Source: Octopus sinensis (Eukaryota). From it: a DNA stretch of 44,864 nucleotides. The stretch is taken from the NCBI RefSeq assembly GCF_006345805.1, contig NW_021834670.1, positions 1 through 44,864 on the forward strand. The letters run 5' to 3'. Positions 34,157 through 44,864 of the stretch are shown here, one piece after another. Within the stretch, counting starts at the first letter, position 1. Every line of letters begins with the position of its first letter. The notes beneath the pieces were generated by a model, which was not told the origin of the DNA, searched no databases, and worked only from the letters and a program-made list of their open reading frames with translations. The position numbers were made by a program, and so were the translations under genes.

Positions 34157-36042
34157 ATTTCTTTATTACCCACAAGGGGCTAAACATGGAGGGGACAAAC
34201 AAGGACAGACATAGGTATTAAGTCGATTACATCGACCCTAGTGCGTAACTGGTACTTAATTTATCGACCCCGAAAGGATGAAAGGCGGAATTTGAACTCA
34301 GAACCTAGCGACAGACGAAATACCGCTGAGCATTTCGCCCGGCGCGCTAAAGTTTCTGCCAGCTCGCCGCCTTCAGAAATACCAACACAGAAGGGCAAAC
34401 AAGGACAGACAAAGGTATTAAGTCGATTATATCGACCCTGTGCTTAACTGGTACTTAATTTACCGACCCCGAATGGATGAAAGGAAAAGTCAACCTCGGC
34501 GGAATTTGAACTCAGAACAGGTGGCAGACGAAATACCTATTTCTTTATTACCCACAAGGGGCTAAACACAGAGGGGCAAACAAGGACAGACAAACGGATT
34601 AAGTCGATTGCATCGACCCCAGTGCAAAACTGGTACTTAATTTACTGACCCCGAAAGGATGAAAGGCAAAGTCGACCTCGGCGGAATTTGAACTCAGAAC
34701 GTAGCGGCAGACGAAATACCTATTTCTTTACTACCCACAAGGGGCCAAACACAGAGGGGGCAAACAAGGACAGACAAACAGATTAAGTCGATTGCATCGA
34801 CCCCAGTGCAAAACTGGTACTTAATTTACCGACCCCGAAAGGATGAAAGGCAAAGTCGATCTCGGCGGAATTTGAACTCAGAACGTAGCGGCAGACGAAA
34901 TACCTATTTCTTTATTACCCACAAGGGGCTAAACACAGAGGGGACAAAGAAGGACAGACAAACGGATTAAGTCAATTATATCGACCCCAGTGCGTAACTG
35001 GTACTTAATTTACCGACCCCGAAAGGATGAAAGGAAAAGTCAACCTCGGCGGAATTTGAACTCAGAACAGGTGGCAGACGAAATACCTATTTCTTTATTA
35101 CCCACAAGGGGCTAAACACAGAGGGGCAAACAAGGACAGACAAACGGATTAAGTCGATTGCATCGACCCCAGTGCAAAACTGGTACTTAATTTACCGACC
35201 CCGAAAGATGAAAGGCAAAGTCGACCTCGGCGGAATTTGAACTCAGAACGTAGCGGCAGACGAAATACCTATTTCTTCTACACCCACAAGGGGCCAAACA
35301 CAAGAGGGGCAAACAAGGACAGACAAACAGATTAGTCGATTGCATCGACCCCAGTGCAAAAATGGTACTTAATTTACCGACCCCGAAAGGATGAAAGGCA
35401 AAGTCGATCTCGGCGGAATTTGAACTCAGAACGTAGCGGCAGACGAAATACCTATTCTTTATTACCACAAGGGGCAACACAGAGGGGACAAAGAAGGACA
35501 GACAAACGGATTAAGTCAATTATATCGACCCCAGTGCGTAACTGGTACTTAATTTACCGACCCCGAAAATGATGAAAAAAGCAAAGTCGACCTCGGCGGA
35601 ATTTGAACTCAGAACAGGTTGCAGAAGAAATACCTATTTCTTTATTATCCACAAGGGGCTAAACACAGAGGGGACAAACAAGGACAGACAAACGAATTAA
35701 GTCGATTGCATCGACCCCAGTGCAAAACTGGTACTTAATTTACCGACCCCGAAAGGATGAAAGGCAAAGTCTGCCTCGGCGGAATTTGAACTCAGAACAT
35801 TCCGAAATACCTATTTCTTTACTACCCACAAGGGGCTAAACATAGAGGGGACAAATATGGACAGACATAGGTATTAAGTCGATTACATCGACCCCAGTGC
35901 GTAACTGGTACTTAATTTCTCGACCCCGAAAGGATGAAAGGCAAAGTCGACCTCGGCGGAATTTGAACTCAGAACGTAACGGCAGACGAAATACTGCTAC
36001 GCATTTCGTCCGGCGTGCTAACGTTTCTGCCATCTCGCCGCC
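34157..36042 (-). mobile_element. SINE family B monomer (34157-34371) plus 9-unit concatemer (34378-36042)
   Basis: Unit junctions at 34534, 34717, 34901, 35084, 35266, 35449, 35631 and 35808 (period ~183). The concatemer's only head is at about 35995-36042. Confidence 0.92.
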
Positions 36043-36395
36043 TTTAGAAATATTCAAATAACTTGCACGTGACTATGTTCCTGCACATCCGTGATGCTCG
36101 CGCGCACGCGTGCGTCTCGTGCTCTTCCAAGACGCGTTTACCATTCCATTCACACTGCATTGGCCAGCCAACTTCTTCTCTCCCGTTTTCTTTCACTTGT
36201 ACAGCTTTTCTTTCTCTTCTCTTATTTTCCATCTCGCATCATATTTTTTTCCTTCATCATCATTTTCTGAAACACAAGAAATTTTTTATTATTATTATTA
36301 TTATTAAATCTCTTCTCTCACGTTACGGTATATTATCAAAGTCATCAAACTTCACTTCTTTCTATATCATGGCTGATTTATCATCATCATCATCA

Positions 36396-36476
<81 letters not shown>

Positions 36477-36697
36477 TTTCGCTATTAGTATTGTTGTTGT
36501 TGTTGGTATTATTATTATTATTATATTATCATTATTATTATTATTTATTATATTATTTCGCTATTAGTATTGTTGTTGTTGTTGGTATTATTATTATTTA
36601 TTATATTATTATTTTATTATTATTATTATTATTATTATCATTATTATTATTATATTATTATTATTATTTTCGCTATTAGTATTGTTGTTGTTGTTGA

Positions 36698-36752
<55 letters not shown>

Positions 36753-36946
36753 TTCGCTATTAGTATTGTTGTTGTTGTTGGTATTATTATTATTATTATT
36801 ATTATTATATTATTATTATTATCATTATTATATTATTATTATTATTATTTTCGCTATTAGTATTGTTGTTGTTGTTGATATTATTATATTATTATTATTA
36901 TATATTATTATTATTATTTTCGCTATTAGTATTGTTGTTGTTGTTG

Positions 36947-36998
<52 letters not shown>

Positions 36999-37115
36999 TA
37001 TCATCATCATCATCATCATCTTTATTATAATTATTTTCATTATGATTTTCACTATTATTTTTGTTGTTGTTGTTGATATTGTTATTATTGTCATTATTAT
37101 TATTATTATTATTAT

Positions 37116-37189
<74 letters not shown>

Positions 37190-37221
37190 AGCTGACTCAA
37201 TCGATAGCACTCCGGGGAAAA

Positions 37222-37405
37222 AAATGCTTAGAACCATTTCATCCGCCTTGAGGTTCTGAGTTCAAATTCTGCCGAGGTCGACTTCCCTTTTCATCCTTTC
37301 GGGGTCGGCGAAATAAGTACCAGTTACGCACTAGGGTCGATGCAATCAACTAGCTTCTTCCCACTAAAATTTCAGCCCTTGTGCCTATAGTAGAAAGGAT
37401 TATTA
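37222..37405 (+). mobile_element. SINE family B variant with a different tail
   Basis: Shares the B core but ends AAATTTCAGCCCTTGTGCCTATAGTAGAAAGGATTATT. Degenerate relatives at about 1100-1200 and 23590-23690. Confidence 0.7.
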
Positions 37406-37478
37406 TTATCATTGTTATCTTCATCAACATCATCATCAGTGTGGCCGTTGTTGTTGTTGTTGTTGTTGTTGTTGTTGC

Positions 37479-37516
<38 letters not shown>

Positions 37517-39431
37517 TTGTTGTTGTTATTGCTGCTGCTGCACTCTAGGAGGGGATTTATGTAATCCTTAAACCACAACAAAAAATATCCTGCTGGCCAC
37601 ACAAAGATTTTTCAGTCACAAATCGAAAAAAACAGATTTTGACACAAATGGAACAAATTTGTAACTAAAAATAAAGAAATTTCTTTTTTTTTTTTTTTGA
37701 TTTCATTTTATTTTATTCTGATAATAAATATTGAAAGAAGGAATTAAGAAGAAAATAGAACACGGAAGAAATATTAAGAAGAAAAAAATAACCCCGAAGT
37801 AAATGAAAAGTGAGTCAATGAAGTCACGCGTGAGCGGGATTTTACAATTCAACACGAGAAGAGGGAAATCTTATGCTCTTTTATTGTCGATGTAACAAAT
37901 ACTTTTTGACGTAAAAGGGACATAATTATAGCATGGATATTCAAGATATTTATATTTCATTTCCTCATTATTTCGTTTCTTTTGAAGAAAAAGCAACACA
38001 CGAAGCAACAGCAATGTAAAAAAAAAACAATTTAAACATAAAAGAACAGAAGAAAATATTGAGAATCCGCTTGGAAAATCACGGAAACAAAATAAAGCTT
38101 CTTTAACCGAAAAATACATGTTTCTTTTATAGTTCAGTGTCAAGTATATACAATAATACGAAGATAATAAAAAATAATTTTAAAATGATTTTCTTGCAGC
38201 TCATTCGCCATTATTCTTCTTAGCATGTGCACATATACATACATACATACATTCATGCATGCATGCATGCATACATACATACATACATACATACATACAT
38301 ACATACATACATACATAATACATGCATGCATGCATGACATGCATACATACATACATACATACACCACATACAACATACATACATACACATACAACATACA
38401 TACATACATACAGCATGCATGCATGCATGCATACATACTACTACATACACACATACGATGCATACTACATACATGCATGCATGATACATACTACATAAAT
38501 ACATAACTACATGCATAATACATACATACATGCATACATAATACATACATGCATACATACATACAATAAAACATACCCTGTTGGTGTTGTTGAAATTCCA
38601 ATAAAAGAACCTTGAAACTAGGTTAGAATCCAGGTGTTGCCTTATAGGCAAGAAACCTTGAAATAAAACTGAATAATATCACACACATACATACACACCT
38701 ACATATACATATATATATACCCCCACACACACACACATATATATATCTATCGTTTTTGTATTTGGTTTGCAAAATCCTATTATGTGAATTCGTGTTTTGA
38801 AGCATATTTTATTGTGTCTGGGAAGAGTTTTTCTGTTTTAATGCCGTATTTATTTTAGAACAAAAAGATAAATAAGTAAAAGAGGGGAAATTAAACAGGT
38901 GAGTGTGTTAATTAATAAGGCATTAAAATAGAATGACACTGCCCAGTCCATATATATATATATATATATATATATTTCGTATACGAAAAATATATTGTCT
39001 AATGACTAATTCGTCTTTTGTGCTAGGCCACTGGTAATAACTTATGTTATTACCCTTTTTAAATTATGTTTACATATACTATATATATAATATATATATA
39101 TATATATATGTGTGGTGGTGTGTGTGTGTTGTGTGTGTGTTGTGTGTGTGTGTGTTGTGTATGTATGTATGTATGTATGATCTCTTGACACCACCAGCAA
39201 AAATATTTTTTCCCTGTCTTCTCTTCTTGGGATCTTTCTTCTCCTGTTCCTCCGACAAAGAGCTCCGCTCGAAACGTTAAACCCTCCTTCTTCCTTCTTC
39301 CTGAGCGTCAATAATACCTTAATTGTTTCACGTCCTCGCGTTGCTGTGTTTTTTTCTTTGTTTTCTTGTTTGGATTAACTATATATTATATATATATAAT
39401 ATATATATTATATTTATATATAACCAAAATT

Positions 39432-39647
39432 AGAGAGAATCCAGTATGTAGACGCTCTTACGCTAGATATAGATCCGCAAAGGGTCTGAACCACTAAGAA
39501 TTGTTCTCGAGAAAAATTTAGCACACCAAGAACTTAAGCGAGCAGGACAAATGAAAAATAACAAAAATATAGAACAATTCTTAGTGGTTGAGTCCCTTTG
39601 CGGATCTATATCTAGCGTAAGAGCGTCCACATAGTGGTCTCTCTCTC
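39432..39647. mobile_element. MITE-like element, family 3
   Basis: About 75-bp inverted arms TATGTAGACGCTCTTACGCTAGATATAGATCCGCAAAGGG...AATTGTTCT and AGAACAATT...GAGCGTCCACATA. Confidence 0.75.
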
Positions 39648-39783
39648 ATAGTTGTGTATTAATAATATTTACTTAATCTCAGACTTTTATACACTAGGCC
39701 ACTGGTGTTTAAATTGATGTTATTAAATTAATATCCAATTTTTTCACCCTTATTTTTACTTTAATTATATATATATATATATA

Positions 39784-40252
39784 ACTTTTTTACTCTTTTA
39801 CTAGTTTCAGTCATTTGACTGTGGCCATGCTGGAGCACCGCTTTTAGTCGAGCAAATCGACCCCAGGACTTATTTTTTTCAAGCCTAGCACTTATTCTTT
39901 CGGTGTCTTTTGACGAACCGCTAAGTTACAGGGACGTAAATACAACAATGCCGGTTGTCAAGCAGTGATGGAGGAACAAGCGCAGATACAAAGACACACA
40001 CACACACACTTTCACACACCCATACACACACACACTCACACACTCACACACACACGTTCACACACCCATACACACACTCACACACTCACACACACTTATA
40101 TATATACATACATATACGATGAGCTTCTTTTAGTTCCCATCTCCCAAACACTCCCAAGGTTTTGGTGGACCCGAGGCTATAGTAGAAGACACTTGTCCCC
40201 AAGGTGCCACGCAGTAGGACTGAACCCGGAACTATGTGGTTAGAAAACAAGC
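39784..40252 (-). mobile_element. SINE family A, older copy
   Basis: Tail, body and partial head in reverse orientation. Confidence 0.8.
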
Positions 40253-40419
40253 TTCTTTATTTCATTTAATTGCCAAGACAGAAGCTTGTGGGCTGGACAT
40301 GGACAAGATGAGATGAAATGAAACAAGATGATGCGGATGAGAGGGATATCGGCGCCCACCGAGCGACAAACCCCTCGAATATAAAGTTTGTTACCACACA
40401 ATCACGCCTGCGCTTATAT

Positions 40420-40745
40420 GTAGCCTGCTCGTGAAATTAACGTGTAAGTGGCTGAGCACTCCACAGACACGTGCACCCTTAACGTAGTTCTCGGGGATAT
40501 TCGGCGTGACACAGAGAGTGAGAAGGCCGGCCCTTTGAAATACAGGTACAACAGAAACAGGAAGTAAGAGTGAGAGAAAGTTGTGGTGAAAGAGTACAGC
40601 AGGGATCACCACCATCCCTGTCGGAGCCTCGTGGAGCTTTAGGTGTTTTCGCTCAATAAATACTCACAACGCCCGGTCTGGGAATCGAAACCGCGATCCT
40701 ACGACCGTGAGTCCGCTGCCCTAACCACTGGGCCATTGCGCCTCC
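40420..40745 (-). mobile_element. SINE family C2 (C-type head, different tail)
   Basis: Shares its head with C1. The body is near-identical to 44163-44542. Confidence 0.85.
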
Positions 40746-40919
40746 ACATGTATATATATTTGTTTTTATATATCTACATGTATGTATATATGTATGTATA
40801 TTCATGAGTGTGTGTGCATGTGTGCACTGTGTGTGTGTCGTGTGTGTGTGTGTGAGTGTGTGTGTGTGTGTGTGTACATATTGTACAATGTTAAAATAGC
40901 AATATAATATGTTTTTTCA

Positions 40920-41125
40920 AAGACTTTTATCGTAACGTCTTTGTAATGTTTTATAGGTATAATTATGCTGATAATATCTTACATTAAATTGATTTGCAGT
41001 TAATCCGATGTAATCTACACCACTCTGTCTAGCGTTAGATGTACGAGTGGCTGCAGAGATAATTGATTTATCTAGACAATTGCCATCGACTGGACATACG
41101 TTTCGTGAATAACAATTGCATTTTA
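40920..41125 (-). mobile_element. Penelope-like element GIY-YIG endonuclease fragment
   Basis: Reads KCNCYSRNVCPVDGNCLDKSII...YIGLTANQFNVRYYQH, matching the CNC...CPL.G.CL...YIG.T...FK.RY..H motif of Neptune-type PLEs. Confidence 0.8.
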
Positions 41126-41539
41126 GAATGTTAATGCCATTTAGGTTGTGGTTATTTGAGGTATTCATCATATTTTTTATATATTATTAATGGATGTGTG
41201 TTAGCAATGTCTGTTGATGTTAAGCACTCATACACACAGATATATATATAAATATCTGTATATATAAATCCATATAAGTAAATATATATATGTATGTATG
41301 TATGTATCTTTGTATGTACGTATGTTTGTGTATGTCTGTGTGGTTTATTACCGGTTAATTGTCCATAAGTCAGACAAAAGCACAGTCAAAAACAGAAATT
41401 GAGTGTTTATAGTTTTATATTGTCGGTTAACTTCCTGATCGGTTATAAACCAAACATAACCGGGAATATACTCCTCGATAATATACATATACATCATACA
41501 CACACATACACACGCACACATGTATGTATGTATTATATA

Positions 41540-41971
41540 GGCGCAGGAGTGGTTGTGTGGTAAGTAGCTTGCTTACCAACCACATGGTTCCGGGTTCAGT
41601 CCCACTGCGTGGTACCTTGGGCAAGTGTCTTCTACCATAGCCTCGGGCCGACCAAAGCCTTGTGAGTGGATTTGGTAGACAGAAACTGAATGAAGCCCGT
41701 CGTATATGTATGTATATATATATGTGTGTGTGTGTGTGTGTGCTTCTGTGTCTGTGTGTTTCTGTGTCTGTGTTTGTCCCCCCAACATCGCTTGACAACC
41801 GACGCTGGTGTGTTTACGTCCCCGTAACTTAGCGGTTCGGCAAAAAGTGACCGATAGAATAAGTACTAGGCTTACAAAGAATAAGTCCTGGGGATCGATT
41901 TGCTCGACTAAAGGCAGTGCTCCAGCAAGGCCACAGTCAAATGACTGAAACAAGTAAAAGAGTAAAAGAGT
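41540..41971 (+). mobile_element. SINE family A, full length
   Basis: Canonical head and tail. Confidence 0.9.
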
Positions 41972-42315
41972 TGGAACGGATTAATTATATTTTCGTTAAT
42001 TTCAATGGGGAAAATTGATACGTAAAACAAGTAAATCGTAAGCCGAGCTCGGTCATGGAACAAACTGAACTCGTAATGCGAGGTATCACTGTACATTTTC
42101 TTTCTTATTTATTTCTTGTTTTTTATTTTGTATTTTTTTTTTTTATATACATCGATAAGAGACTGATGTCGCCATCTTTAATTTGCGGTCTAATTGAACT
42201 GACAAAAAATGTGAAAAATAGTTTATACGGAGCTTAATAGATTAATTTGAATTTTTTAAAACCCTACCTGACGACATTCAGTGAATCGTGGATTTAGTTA
42301 GATAAAAATAATATA

Positions 42316-42826
42316 TCTATATATATAAAACTGTAGTTGTGTGAGTGTCTGTCTCCTACGATTTAGATTCCTAACTACCTCCTCCTATTTTGCGGTGCAG
42401 TTTAAAAACCAATTCGGGTATCTTATAGTCGTTATTCATATCGAGCCCGTCTGGCTTTAGAGCGTGTCTACGATGAGTCTACGATTTTAAAAATAATTTA
42501 ACATCATTTTTTATTCCATTTTAATGCATAATTTTTCGTGTGTCGATGGCGGCGGAGTTGGCGTCCAGGTCACACCTGCACCTGTTTGCTTCTCCCCCTT
42601 CTTCCCTCCCTCGTGAAGCTGTGGGGAAGGGAGTGTAAGGAAATCAACGTCGTAAAGCGTTGTCAAGGAGACCAGCGTTCTTTTGAACAACGCTTCATGG
42701 CTTGAAGACACCAAAACAGAATGCTAAGAAAGCCCGAATTGGCATCTATAAGGGAAGTAACTCTCTAAAAATGCTTATATAGTTATTTCCCTTACAAACC
42801 CGAGCAACGCCGGGCGATACTGCTAG
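42316..42826 (+). mobile_element. Non-autonomous Helitron-like element
   Basis: Flanked A|TCTATATATATAAAA...GAGCAACGCCGGGCGATACTGCTAG|T. Confidence 0.8.
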
Positions 42827-43092
42827 TCTAGCAATAAAAATATCAGCGTATCCCTGTTATGAATATTTATTGAACCTTTTTAACGGCTCCTCGTTATACT
42901 AAAATGAAATACCGCATTCCATGGCATTAAAAAAAGGGGCGGGAATGTTAGACGCACCCTGATTTCAGCAGCGCATTTTGAGGGGAAATGTCTTTTAATG
43001 CGATGAAACATGCAACATTTAAAGTAATCTTACAGAACATTAGAAAACATTCCAAAAATACTTTTTATCTCCAGCAGAAAACATTACTGGAC

Positions 43093-43137
<45 letters not shown>

Positions 43138-43179
43138 CAGCAGCAGCAGCAGAAGTAGTAGTAGTAGCAGTAGTAGCAA

Positions 43180-43232
<53 letters not shown>

Positions 43233-43243
43233 AGTAGTAGTAA

Positions 43244-43284
<41 letters not shown>

Positions 43285-44162
43285 ATATGCCCTGATGCAT
43301 ATTACTACTACTATGCATATTACTACTACTAGGGTTAAGGTTAGGGGTGGGGGAAGGGTATCTTTTTTTCTTCGCAAATGTAAATAAACCCAATCTGTTT
43401 CTGAGGGACATATTCATACGGCACGGAATGTTGTTTACGTCAATGGAGGTCAGCGATTGGTTAAAATTGCCGAAATGCTCGATTTTAAAGTGGAAATATC
43501 TTACAAACTATAAAATTTTCTCAATAAAGCCAAGAAAAAATTATGTTTTATAAACACATTCTACCAGTATACGAAGTTTAAAAGTGTTTAGTTAACTAGA
43601 AATTGTGTTGAAAACTGCCGTTCAAAAGGAAAAGATCCAGAGGCTAAAATCCTGAAGCAGGGTCCCGAAGGCAAATATGTACAGTTATAATGTAACCAAT
43701 ATCTAGCATCCCTTGCAGTTTCGTAGATGTTGCGAACATACTGACTGGTTTTTTCTTCGTGGCGTCTCCATGAGGAGGTAAGCGTACTCGGGGTTTAGGT
43801 TTTTGTTTCTGTAAACAGCTCGAGCACTGTAAAAGGGATTAAGTTACAGTCTCTGCAAAGCTGCCGACTAACGACGACGGTAAAAGAAAAAAGGTAAACA
43901 ACAAACAACGTGTCAGTTTAGTTTTCGATTGATAGATTTAGCTGATTTAACAAGTTACGGCAGAGGAAGTGTTCTTGGCGTGTTAAATTACATCGAACAA
44001 AATGCATAAGTCTAATAAAAAAACAGAAAACGTTATTCTTTTCGTTTTGCGTGAGGTGTTAGCTGACAGCTTTTCAAACTGGAAATCACGTAAATAATTG
44101 ACAAATAAGCAGATACAAACATTACAAAACTAATTTGTGCGTTTGTGGTATTTTTCCCTATT

Positions 44163-44542
44163 GAAGTACTCCGTCGGTTACGACGACGAGGGTTCCGGTT
44201 GATCCGAATCAACGGAACAGCCTGCTCGTGAAATTAACGTGTAAGTGGCTGAGCACTCCACAGACACGTGTACCCTTAACGTAGTTCTCGGGGATATTCA
44301 GCGTGACACAGAGTGTGACAAGGCCGGCCCTTTGAAATACAGGTACAACAGAAACAGGAAGTAAGAGTGAAAGAAAGTTGTGGTGAAAGAGTACAGCAGG
44401 GATCACCACCATCCCTGCCGGAGCCTCGTGGAGCTTTAGGTGTTTTCGCTCAATAAACACTCACAACGCCCGGTCTGGGAATCGAAACCGCGATCCTACG
44501 ACCGCGAGTCCGCTGCCCTAACCACTGGGCCATTGCGCCTCC
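44163..44542 (-). mobile_element. SINE family C2, full length
   Basis: Head GGAGGCGCAATGGCCCAGTGGTTAGGG...GGTTTCGATTCC and tail ...GTCGTCGTAACCGACGGAGTACT. Confidence 0.85.
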
Positions 44543-44864
44543 ACCATTTTCCCTATAAACATCAAGGAATGCAAACATCCTTTGTAAGGTGAATGTCTTT
44601 ATAAGGCAATTAAACAATTTTTTTTAAAACACAAATAACATTGATATAGATAATTGCATTGAATTTGCAACAGATGAAGCAGATAATGTTTGTGGGCAAT
44701 AGATAGTTGTTATCAGAGTGAGAAATATCAACCTAAATATTAGGTTTGTGATAGAAAAGATTAAATTGTTTTGGGATGTACGTGCGACAGTTTGACTTTA
44801 TGTTGCCATAAGACGTTCGCTTGCTTGCCTTTTAATTTAGCTTTCCAGATAATGGCAACTGCAA

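Noticed and set aside
34378-36042. SINE array as a hammerhead retrozyme
   Set aside because: No CUGANGA...GAAA core was found on either strand of the unit.
36060-36170. Small CpG-rich patch with CCAAT-like motif as a promoter
   Set aside because: No associated exon or gene could be identified.
43330-43350. Telomere-like TAGGGTTAAGGTTAGGGG
   Set aside because: Only about two imperfect units inside a dispersed repeat, so not an interstitial telomeric array.
43760-43785. ATGAGGAG|GTAAGC as a first coding exon
   Set aside because: An isolated donor-like motif with no supporting downstream exon in the window.

Overview
This is repeat-saturated animal genomic DNA, most likely a coleoid cephalopod (Octopus-like, inferred from the SINE families and the very high (CA)n/(CATA)n/(TAT)n load). 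Nearly all supplied ORFs are microsatellite artefacts. Manual splice-site reading recovers two intact, convergent 5-exon paralogues. Gene A (+) joins 2252-2552, 5283-5461, 7399-7553, 8823-8983 and 9513-9562 (281 aa). Gene B (-) joins 22305-21975, 19609-19431, 18219-18056, 15398-15238 and 14870-14815 (296 aa). Both encode a secreted glycoprotein with a signal peptide, a degenerate PAN/Apple-like module and a ~180-aa domain (W..AY...VKLV.Y.N...F.G.NTT...WFS..NL.SSPW.DL...GW...C...P..RYS...W...ADSMA.FI) that I recall from uncharacterised molluscan proteins. A third, orphan copy of exon 3 lies at 769-932 (-) with a GA donor and no exon 1/2 of its own. Notable structures: (i) codon-level hypervariable patches between the paralogues, next to better-conserved introns; (ii) a 9x tandem amplification of gene A's 94-bp poly(A)-signal module, which is single-copy in gene B; (iii) a candidate type I hammerhead ribozyme at 11881-11931 (-); (iv) single-headed SINE concatemers. 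The rest is tRNA-derived SINEs, MITEs, non-autonomous Helitrons, and decayed mariner, DD37D, CR1, R4/Dong and Penelope fragments. I found no recognisable host gene right of about 24 kb. All counts and identities are by hand.
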